DNA from: Alphaproteobacteria bacterium | GTDB lineage: Bacteria > Pseudomonadota > Alphaproteobacteria > Rickettsiales > 21-14-0-20-44-7 | Direction: 5' to 3' | Length of the DNA: 64,000 nucleotides | Assembly (NCBI GenBank): GCA_043757405.1 | Contig: JAYVPI010000011.1 | Location: 49,297-113,296 of the forward strand | Part shown: piece by piece, positions 56,980-64,000 of the stretch | Numbering within the stretch: the stretch's first letter is position 1 | How the letters are laid out: each line of letters begins with the position of its first letter | Position numbers and translations under genes: made by a program | Notes under the pieces: model-generated | What the model was told of the DNA's origin: nothing | Database searches by the model: none | What the model saw: only the letters and a program-made list of their open reading frames with translations

Positions 56980-57907
56980 ATTACTTCTAGTCTTATCAAT
57001 ATTCATTTTTCCGCTATCCGCGCACGCATTTGATCCATGCGATAAGGGCGCGAAATATACTCCGATTGCCGATCGATATACTAAAGGCCTATTCTTCATA
57101 ATCAAAAAATGCCACATCGCTCCCAGCTATCTTCTGGGTACGATACATTCCGATGATCCGCGTGTCACGGATATGCTCTCCACCGCTTTTTCCAAACTTG
57201 CTTATGCCAACACCGCTAGTTTTGAAATCAAGTTCGATCAGCAAACTGCAAGAACTGCGCTGCAATATATGTATATGGAGCCGGATTCGATCGAGACTTT
57301 GCAAAGCCTGACCGGTATGGGGGCATATAGCAAATTCGTCAACCTGATGAAGCAGACGCGCCCCAATAATTCGGAAAGCGCTTATTATCGCATGCGCCCC
57401 TGGGCGGCGGCGGTGATGTTGACTGAGCCGCAGGATAATAATGACGGCGTGGCGCTGGATATAAAGTTACAGAAATTCGCAGAGAGTCGCGGCATCAAAG
57501 TTTATGGGCTGGAAACGGTCAATAGCCAGATGGAAATTTTCAATGGCCTGACCACGCCGCAACAAGTGGGGCTGTTTAATGATGCGGTAGACAACTACCA
57601 GCAAATCGAGGGCGACATCAAGGAGATGTTAGACGCATACCTAGCCCAAGACCTCAACCAGATCAAAACCCTCGCCGATAAAAGTTTTGATACATATACC
57701 GATAAGGAATTAGCGGAACATCTCCAGCTTGAAATGATCAACAAACGCAACCGCACCATGTCCGAGGCGATGAGCGGCAAAATTGATCTGGGCGGCGCTT
57801 TTATCGCGATTGGCGCACTGCATTTGCCGGGCAAGGAAGGCGTGCTGGAGCAATTGGAAGATAAAGGATATCTGATCGAACAAGCCGCTGATCCTGCGGC
57901 GATGTAA
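56960..57907 (+). CDS. TraB/GumN family protein
   Basis: 315 aa with a signal peptide, the SYLLGTIHSDD motif and GALHLPG near the C-terminus, both typical of GumN/TraB. Confidence 0.75.
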   Translation: MSMRISKLLLVLSIFIFPLSAHAFDPCDKGAKYTPIADRYTKGLFFIIKKCHIAPSYLLGTIHSDDPRVTDMLSTAFSKLAYANTASFEIKFDQQTARTALQYMYMEPDSIETLQSLTGMGAYSKFVNLMKQTRPNNSESAYYRMRPWAAAVMLTEPQDNNDGVALDIKLQKFAESRGIKVYGLETVNSQMEIFNGLTTPQQVGLFNDAVDNYQQIEGDIKEMLDAYLAQDLNQIKTLADKSFDTYTDKELAEHLQLEMINKRNRTMSEAMSGKIDLGGAFIAIGALHLPGKEGVLEQLEDKGYLIEQAADPAAM

Positions 57908-57945
57908 CCGTTGACAATGTATCACGTATGTGATACATTAAAGAA

Positions 57946-58353
57946 ATGAAAACGCAAACCATACATGCAAGGGTTAGCCCTAAGATCAAGAAAGCCTCAG
58001 AAAATATTCTGAAGAAAGTCGGTTTGACCATGAGCGAAGCGATTGGATTATTCCTTCATCAAGTCGTAAACCGCAAGGAATTCCCCCTGGAGTTGCGCGT
58101 CCCTAATGCGGAGACAATCAAGGCGTTAAAAGACGTTTCGGAACGTAGAAATTTGACTAGCTATTCAAGCGTAGATGAATTATTTGAGAAACTTAGTAGT
58201 GATGGTAAAAAATATAGAAACCGCAAAAAAGTTCGAAAGGGACTTCCATCTAATGGAAAAGCGCGGCATGAAAATGCACAAGTTGCACGCCATTATCGAA
58301 CTACTCAAAAAAGAAAAGCCACTTCCGGCTTCATGCCGTCTCCACAAACTTAA
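57946..58353 (+). CDS. dinJ: RelB/DinJ-family antitoxin; ORF runs ~45 codons past the expected end into yafQ
   Basis: The N-terminal ribbon-helix-helix IHARVSPKIKKASENILKKVGLTMSEAIGLFLHQVV and ...VPNAETIKALKDV...SVDELFEKL are typical. Everything after ~58197 is an out-of-frame translation of the toxin gene. Confidence 0.7.
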   Translation: MKTQTIHARVSPKIKKASENILKKVGLTMSEAIGLFLHQVVNRKEFPLELRVPNAETIKALKDVSERRNLTSYSSVDELFEKLSSDGKKYRNRKKVRKGLPSNGKARHENAQVARHYRTTQKRKATSGFMPSPQT

Positions 58354-58474
58354 AGGTAATTGGAAAGACCATTGGGATTGCCATATCGAGCCGGACTGGC
58401 TTTTAATTTATCGCGTAGAGGGAGATACAATATATATAGCAAGAACCGGCACGCATAGCGACTTGTTCGATTAG
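58202..58474 (+). CDS. yafQ: YafQ-family type II toxin (mRNA interferase)
   Basis: KFERDFHLMEKRGMKMHKL...PLPASCRLHKLKGNWKDHWDCHIEPDWLLIYRVEGDTIYIARTGTHSDLF matches YafQ. The ATG at 58202 lies in a TGATG context. Confidence 0.85.
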   Translation: MVKNIETAKKFERDFHLMEKRGMKMHKLHAIIELLKKEKPLPASCRLHKLKGNWKDHWDCHIEPDWLLIYRVEGDTIYIARTGTHSDLFD

Positions 58475-59097
58475 TGATTGCTCACGTAATCAACAATATC
58501 TTCCGGTGCATTTTCGCCGGTGAAGTGGGCGATATATTTGCCGTCAGTGCCCATGTAATAAATTAAGTTGGAATGATTAGGCGCATCGTCCTGCTCTGCC
58601 GCTGCCGGCGCTGGAGTTTGGGCATAAACTTTGTAGCTCTTGGTTAGTTTATCGATCTCACTTTGTTCGCCGGTCAGCGCGATGAAGCCTGGATAATAAT
58701 CCTTCAGGAATGTTTTTAATTCCGCCGGAGTATCATGTTTAGGATCGATGCTGATAAAAACCGGTAGCACGCCGATAACTTTTTGGCTTTCAAGCTGGTT
58801 CATAACTTCAGTCATGACAGCCATAGAAACCGGGCAAGTATCAGGGCAGCTGGTGAAGCCGAAAAATACTAAAAGTTTTTTGCCTTGCAAATCTTTGTTG
58901 GTAACTTTTTTGCCGTTTTGATCGGTAAGGGTGAAATCGACATTGGCATTTGGTTCTTCCGCCGAACCCGCCGCTGTTTCAATCGTGCCCATTTGTTTGG
59001 CGTTAGCCATTTGCACGCCTTCATTCTTAGTGAGATAAAAATAACCGCCGGTGATTAAAGTGGTGACGACAAAAGCGACAAGAAATCTTTTAACCAT
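58471..59097 (-). CDS. SCO family (SCO1/SenC) copper chaperone / thiol-disulfide oxidoreductase
   Basis: 208 aa with an N-terminal TM anchor, the FGFTSCPDTCP (CxxxC) motif and a conserved His in the C-terminal part. Confidence 0.88.
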   Translation of the reverse strand: MVKRFLVAFVVTTLITGGYFYLTKNEGVQMANAKQMGTIETAAGSAEEPNANVDFTLTDQNGKKVTNKDLQGKKLLVFFGFTSCPDTCPVSMAVMTEVMNQLESQKVIGVLPVFISIDPKHDTPAELKTFLKDYYPGFIALTGEQSEIDKLTKSYKVYAQTPAPAAAEQDDAPNHSNLIYYMGTDGKYIAHFTGENAPEDIVDYVSNH

Positions 59098-60325
59098 AAA
59101 TCACCCCTATATCTTTCCTGTAAAAACCTTCCGGCCAGTTGATTTTCGCGATCTCATTATAGGCTAATTTGCGCGCCGATTCAAGATCATTGGCGATTGC
59201 TGTAATTCCCAACACCCGGCCACCGGTATTAACCAATTTTTTGTCTTTACGCGCTGTGCCGGAATGGAAGACATAAGCCCCGTCAATTTTCTCAACCCCT
59301 TGAATTATAGTATTTTTCTCATAATATTCTGGATATCCTTTAGCGGCATATACCACCGTTAAAGCAGTTTGGTTGGAGAATTTTGGCTCGGCATGGCCGA
59401 GCATGACGTCGATAATATCGTTTTCCAGGCGGGGCAGGATGCTTTGGGTTTCCGGGTCGCCCATGCGGCAGTTGAACTCGATCAGCTTCGGCCCTTCAGA
59501 TGTAATCATTAGCCCGGCGAACAAAAACCCTTTATAAATAATCCCATCTTCGCGCAATGTATCCAAAACCGGATTGATGATATTATCCATGATTTGCTCG
59601 CGCCAATCATCGGAGATCATATCGCCGGGGGAGTATGTTCCCATCCCGCCAGTATTGGCGCCACTATTGCCGTCGCCGACACGTTTATAATCGCAAGCCG
59701 TGCCGAAACGCATGACTTTTTCGCCGTTAGTGGCGATGAAATAACTCAGCTCGCGCCCGCTCATGAATTCTTCAACCAGGATTTCCGCACCGGCTTCGCC
59801 GAATTTTTTCTCGATGAGCATTTCATCAACTGCCGCTAATGCTTCATCAATTGTTTGTGCTACGACCACGCCTTTGCCAGCCGCAAGTCCATCAGCCTTG
59901 ATAACAATCGGCGCACCTTGCTCTTTAATATAAGCTTTGGCTTCATCGGCTTTGGTGAAGCTTTGCGCTTTCGCTGTCGGCACTCCGGCGCGGCGGCAAA
60001 TTTCCTTGGTAAATGATTTTGAGGCCTCTAACTTCGCCGCCGCTGCGGATGGCCCAAACACCATTATTCCGCGCTCCTCCAAAAAGTCCGCAATCCCCGC
60101 CACCAATGGCGCTTCCGGCCCGACAACGACTAAATTAACATGTTTTTCTCGGCAGAATTCGACGATTTCATCAAAATCAGTGGGTTTTAACTTCACCCTT
60201 TCCGCAATCTTGCCGATGCCGGTATTGCCCGGCGCACAGTAAAGCTGTTTGCATTGCGGTGATTTTTTAATTGCCTGGCAGAGGGCATGTTCCCGCCCGC
60301 CGGAGCCGATTACTAATATATTCAT
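59090..60325 (-). CDS. purD: Phosphoribosylamine--glycine ligase
   Basis: 411 aa. MNILVIGSGGREHAL N-terminus and an ATP-grasp region. Confidence 0.95.
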   Translation of the reverse strand: MNILVIGSGGREHALCQAIKKSPQCKQLYCAPGNTGIGKIAERVKLKPTDFDEIVEFCREKHVNLVVVGPEAPLVAGIADFLEERGIMVFGPSAAAAKLEASKSFTKEICRRAGVPTAKAQSFTKADEAKAYIKEQGAPIVIKADGLAAGKGVVVAQTIDEALAAVDEMLIEKKFGEAGAEILVEEFMSGRELSYFIATNGEKVMRFGTACDYKRVGDGNSGANTGGMGTYSPGDMISDDWREQIMDNIINPVLDTLREDGIIYKGFLFAGLMITSEGPKLIEFNCRMGDPETQSILPRLENDIIDVMLGHAEPKFSNQTALTVVYAAKGYPEYYEKNTIIQGVEKIDGAYVFHSGTARKDKKLVNTGGRVLGITAIANDLESARKLAYNEIAKINWPEGFYRKDIGVIYG

Positions 60326-60415
60326 GCGGGCTGTTTAACCAAAACAGGGTTAAAAAGCAAGCAGGATAAAGACTTATGTAACGAAACTGTCACATATATG
60401 TGGTAGTTTTAACAT

Positions 60416-61279
60416 ATGCCGATTACCCCTGACCTACCTCCTGACGTACGTAAAAAAACAGAAGACCTGGCTAGGTGCCTGCAACAAGGCCTCAAACGGG
60501 GTGCAATAGGCTATGAAATGGATTCCACGGCAGAAATTCCTGCAGTAAAAGGTTCGAAATATGAAGCGCTTTTGAATAGTAAGGAAGAAAGTGATAGGGA
60601 AGCAGCAAAAGAAATAAGGAAATTTCTTGATAGAACGCTTCAAAAAACTCCGCTTGATACTGCAATACCGGCATTAGCAGATCAGTATAACCAGGTGGCG
60701 GAAAGAGAAAGAAAAGCCAAGACTAAAGCGGAAAAAGATGATGCCGCCAATACTCGCGAAATGATTGAACAGACGCTGGAACAATTAATCACGAGCGGCA
60801 GGCAAAATATGGAAAATTTTGTAAATCAGCAACGGGAGATTAGTTCAACGCCTAAGATGATTGAATCTATCGGGGAATACAATAAGCCAATTGACAAAGC
60901 TTTGTATGATAAGGCCCCGATTGGCGGTGGTATTAAAAATGCGAATGAAGTAGATCCTTTTAAGGATCGTGAATTCATAAAACTCAGTAAAGATGATCAA
61001 AAACTCATAGATCGTCAAGTCACAGTACAAATGAAGCTAAGATATCCGGGTGATAAAGAAGCGATAGAAATAATGTCGCTAAAGGAGGCAGAAGAAGCGA
61101 TAAGTTTAAAAATTAACGAGAAACGGGAGAAGCTATCTGCCCCACTTTCGCTTGAGGACCTTAAGAAGCAAGATATGGACAAGCGTGAAACGGACGCTCT
61201 GGAAACTTTGGAAGTTCCGCGCGCCGTTTCAACTACACCTACGCTCCCACACCCTGTAAAAACTTCGCCTGCAAGATAA
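60416..61279 (+). CDS. Hypothetical highly charged helical protein
   Basis: 287-aa Lys/Glu-rich ORF with no signal peptide, TM segment or recognizable motif. Monocistronic, between purD and hslU. Confidence 0.45.
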   Translation: MPITPDLPPDVRKKTEDLARCLQQGLKRGAIGYEMDSTAEIPAVKGSKYEALLNSKEESDREAAKEIRKFLDRTLQKTPLDTAIPALADQYNQVAERERKAKTKAEKDDAANTREMIEQTLEQLITSGRQNMENFVNQQREISSTPKMIESIGEYNKPIDKALYDKAPIGGGIKNANEVDPFKDREFIKLSKDDQKLIDRQVTVQMKLRYPGDKEAIEIMSLKEAEEAISLKINEKREKLSAPLSLEDLKKQDMDKRETDALETLEVPRAVSTTPTLPHPVKTSPAR

Positions 61280-61362
61280 AGAAATGCCAGCCTCTGCTAA
61301 GTAGCGCAGCTGCTTAATTAATATGAGCACCCTTCAGTTGCTGGCCGACATTTTGAAAATAA

Positions 61363-62682
61363 TCATAAAATAAACTTCGTCACATCCGTCGCCTTAGTGA
61401 TGTCTTTCATCTTATCGACAACATAGGCCGCATCGATCTTCACTGATTTTTCTATCATATCCGATGCCTCGAAGCTGATCTCCTCCATCAATTTCTCGAT
61501 AATCGTATGCAAGCGCCGCGCACCGATGTTTTCGACATTGGCGTTGATTTCGGTAGAAATCCGCGCGATTTCAATGATTGCTTCTTTGCTGAAATCAACT
61601 GTCACGCCCTCAGTTGCCATCAATGCGATATATTGCTTGATGAGGCTGGCTTCCGGTTCGTTCAAAATCCGCACCATGTCATCTTGCGATAATGGCTTCA
61701 GCTCAACACGGATCGGCAGGCGGCCCTGCAATTCCGGTAATAAATCCGAAGGTTTGGCGACATGAAAAGCACCGGAAGTTATGAACAAAATATGATCGGT
61801 TTTGACATTCCCGTGCTTGGTCGGCACAATCGTCCCTTCGATCAATGGCAGCAAATCGCGCTGCACGCCCTCGCGTGAAACTTCGCCGCCGCGCTCATAA
61901 CGGCTGGCGATTTTATCGATTTCATCCAAGAAAACGATACCGTTATTTTCCACTTGTTTAATTGCGCTTTGCACGACGCTGTCATTATCAGTGAGTTTCT
62001 CAATCTCTTCCGCCAGCACAACTTTCTTAGCCTCCGCCACAGTCATTTTACGCGCCTTGGTTCGCGTTGCGCCAAGCTTGCCGAAGATATCGGTGATATT
62101 CAAAATCCCCATCTGTCCGCCCGGCATTCCCGGAATATCCATCAATGGCGAAGATGGATTCGGATTATCCTGAACATGAATTTCGATTTCCTTATCTTCC
62201 AACTCTCCCGCATCAAGCCGTTTTTCAAAACTCTTCTTGGTTTCATCCGAAGAAGTTTCTCCCACCAATGCATCAATAATCCGTTTTCGTGCGGCTGTTT
62301 GGGCTTTTTCGGCTTGCTCAGTTTTGACGACTTCCTTGGTTTGCTGGATCGCAACTTCTAATAAATCACGAATAATGGAATCCACATCGCGCCCGACATA
62401 ACCGACTTCAGTAAATTTGGTCGCCTCAACTTTAATAAATGGCGCATCGGCAAGCTTCGCCAACCGCCGCGCAATCTCGGTCTTACCAACGCCGGTCGGC
62501 CCAATCATCAAAATATTCTTCGGCACGATTTCATCACGCAATGATTCATCCACCTGCTGCCGCCGCCAGCGGTTACGCAGCGCAATCGCCACAGATTTCT
62601 TCGCCGCATCTTGCCCGATAATGTGCCGGTCAAGTTCCTTGACGATTTGTCTTGGGGTGAGGGTAGTGTTTGATATTGGCAT
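61363..62682 (-). CDS. hslU: ATP-dependent protease ATPase subunit HslU
   Basis: 439 aa. Walker [16 protein letters not shown] and a ClpX-like AAA+ architecture with an I-domain. Confidence 0.95.
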   Translation of the reverse strand: MPISNTTLTPRQIVKELDRHIIGQDAAKKSVAIALRNRWRRQQVDESLRDEIVPKNILMIGPTGVGKTEIARRLAKLADAPFIKVEATKFTEVGYVGRDVDSIIRDLLEVAIQQTKEVVKTEQAEKAQTAARKRIIDALVGETSSDETKKSFEKRLDAGELEDKEIEIHVQDNPNPSSPLMDIPGMPGGQMGILNITDIFGKLGATRTKARKMTVAEAKKVVLAEEIEKLTDNDSVVQSAIKQVENNGIVFLDEIDKIASRYERGGEVSREGVQRDLLPLIEGTIVPTKHGNVKTDHILFITSGAFHVAKPSDLLPELQGRLPIRVELKPLSQDDMVRILNEPEASLIKQYIALMATEGVTVDFSKEAIIEIARISTEINANVENIGARRLHTIIEKLMEEISFEASDMIEKSVKIDAAYVVDKMKDITKATDVTKFIL

Positions 62683-62717
62683 ATAATTAAGTGATAAGGT
62701 TTAAAGGTTCCTAATTA

Positions 62718-62801
62718 GTCATCGCGGGCTTGTTCCGCGATCCGGAAGTTTATGTGATCTCACACAAAGCTACCAGACCCCGCAACAAGTGCGGGGTGAC
62801 A
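62718..62801. repeat. Palindromic element, type C, in the hslV-hslU spacer
   Basis: gtcatcgcgggcttgttccgcgatccgg ... ccagaccccgcaacaagtgcggggtgaca. Confidence 0.8.
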
Positions 62802-62806
62802 TAATC

Positions 62807-63367
62807 TTATGTTTTGGCTGAGTCCAGCTCTTCCACGGTTAAATTATTATTGGTATAAATACAGATATCCCCGGCAATCTTCATCGCCTTTTCGGCAATT
62901 TCACGCGCTGATAGTTCCTGGTCATAAAGCGCGAGCGCCGCCGCAAGTGCATAATTCCCACCGCTACCGATCGCCACCACTCCATGTTCTGGTTCAAGTA
63001 CGTCACCGATACCGGTGATGGTGAGGGAAATATCTTTATCCGCAACAATCATCATTGCTTCCAACCGCCGCAAATATTTATCCGTCCGCCAGTCTTTGGC
63101 AAGTTCCACACAGGCGCGCATCAATTGGCCGGGATGTTTTTCCAACTTGGCCTCCAGCCTCTCAAACAACGTGAACGCATCTGCCGTCGCCCCGGCAAAA
63201 CCGGCGATAATATTCCCGCCACCAATACGCCGAACTTTTTTAGCATTGCCCTTCATAATCGTATTACCGAGCGAAACCTGTCCGTCACCGGCGATGACAA
63301 CTTTGCCATTTTTACGCACGCACAAGATCGTGGTGCCGTATATCGTAGCCGGATTGTGATTTATCAT
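62807..63367 (-). CDS. hslV: ATP-dependent protease subunit HslV
   Basis: 186 aa. [21 protein letters not shown] contains the N-terminal nucleophile Thr region. Confidence 0.95.
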   Translation of the reverse strand: MINHNPATIYGTTILCVRKNGKVVIAGDGQVSLGNTIMKGNAKKVRRIGGGNIIAGFAGATADAFTLFERLEAKLEKHPGQLMRACVELAKDWRTDKYLRRLEAMMIVADKDISLTITGIGDVLEPEHGVVAIGSGGNYALAAALALYDQELSAREIAEKAMKIAGDICIYTNNNLTVEELDSAKT

Positions 63368-63403
63368 ATGATGGAGATATAGTTGGTGGTTATGAGAGTT
63401 TCA

Positions 63404-63487
63404 AGATGTCAGATGTCAAATTCCAGATGTCAGGCTAGACATTTGATACTTTCTTTTCTGACATCTGGTATTTGATATTCGACATCT
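63404..63487. repeat. Inverted pair of heptamer-derived arms (agatgtc units) with 24-nt loop
   Basis: 63404-63433 versus the reverse complement of 63458-63487 gives 25/30 identity. The right arm and loop encode the last ~17 codons of pgk. Confidence 0.8.
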
Positions 63488-64000
63488 TAAGCGCTGCGAT
63501 CCCCGGCAATTCCTTGCCTTCCAGCCATTCCAAAAACGCCCCGCCGGCAGTGGAAATATAGGTGAAATTATCAACCACCGCTGCGTGGGAGAGCGCCGCC
63601 ACCGTATCGCCGCCACCGGCAATGGATTTAACCGGCAATGAGGAAACCACCCGCGCCAATGAAACTGTACCTGCATCAAACGGTGCAATTTCAAACGCGC
63701 CCATTGGCCCGTTCCACAAAATCGTTTTCATTTTGGCCAGTTTTTCCGCCGCCAATGCCACAGTTTTCGGCCCGATATCCAGCATCATCCCATCGCCAAT
63801 TTTATCAACGCCGACAATTTTCGATGCTGCATGTTTTTTGAATTCATCCGTCGCCACCGCATCAACCGGCAGCAAAATTTCACAACCTTTTTTCTGCGCT
63901 TCTTCCAAAATCTTTTTCGCGGTGTGCAATAATTTATCCTCAACCAAAGATTTCCCCATCTCGAACCCTTGCGCTTTCAAAAACGTATTCGCCATGCCGC
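63435..64000 (-). CDS. pgk: Phosphoglycerate kinase (C-terminal part; gene continues beyond the window)
   Basis: ...ILWNGPMGAFE... and ...STAGGAFLEWLEGKELPGIAAL are Pgk C-domain motifs. The leading Met in the track is internal. Confidence 0.9.
   Translation of the reverse strand, partial: GMANTFLKAQGFEMGKSLVEDKLLHTAKKILEEAQKKGCEILLPVDAVATDEFKKHAASKIVGVDKIGDGMMLDIGPKTVALAAEKLAKMKTILWNGPMGAFEIAPFDAGTVSLARVVSSLPVKSIAGGGDTVAALSHAAVVDNFTYISTAGGAFLEWLEGKELPGIAALKMSNIKYQMSEKKVSNV

Overview
The window is a gene-dense alphaproteobacterial chromosome segment. The core synteny is typical of the class: yejBEF, mrcA, tatD, lon-hupB-tRNA-Val, argH, topA, rnj-coaX-birA-nuoNMLKJIHG, glmM, ftsH-tilS, cpoB-pal-tolB-tolA-tolR-tolQ-ybgC, purD and hslVU-pgk. 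Three things stand out. (1) A 6.1-kb integrative island sits in tRNA-Val(UAC), bounded by exact 48-bp direct repeats at 10260-10307 and 16404-16451. It carries a P4-type integrase, an AlpA/Xis-like HTH protein, a winged-helix protein and AT-rich cargo. The cargo centres on a stand-alone SIR2-like protein flanked by two opposite-strand membrane/coiled-coil proteins. This is my best candidate for an undescribed anti-phage or abortive-infection system. (2) The window is dense in modular palindromic (REP/MITE-like) elements. Several sit exactly at nuo gene junctions and are flanked by duplicated relics of the downstream start codon region. There is also a pair of inverted ~195-bp TIR elements around lon-yajC-NDUFA12. 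(3) Heptanucleotide tandem arrays (STRR-like) are usually arranged as inverted pairs. One pair brackets a four-helix-bundle (23S IVS-type) gene coupled to topA, and two arrays lie in frame inside nuoG. Other items are a candidate 6S RNA upstream of the 5-formyl-THF cyclo-ligase gene, a dinJ-yafQ module whose antitoxin has no stop codon at the expected site, two small lipoprotein ORFs below the ORF-track cutoff, and non-nuo genes embedded in the nuo operon. All functional calls come from reading motifs in the translations and the DNA. No database search was run.
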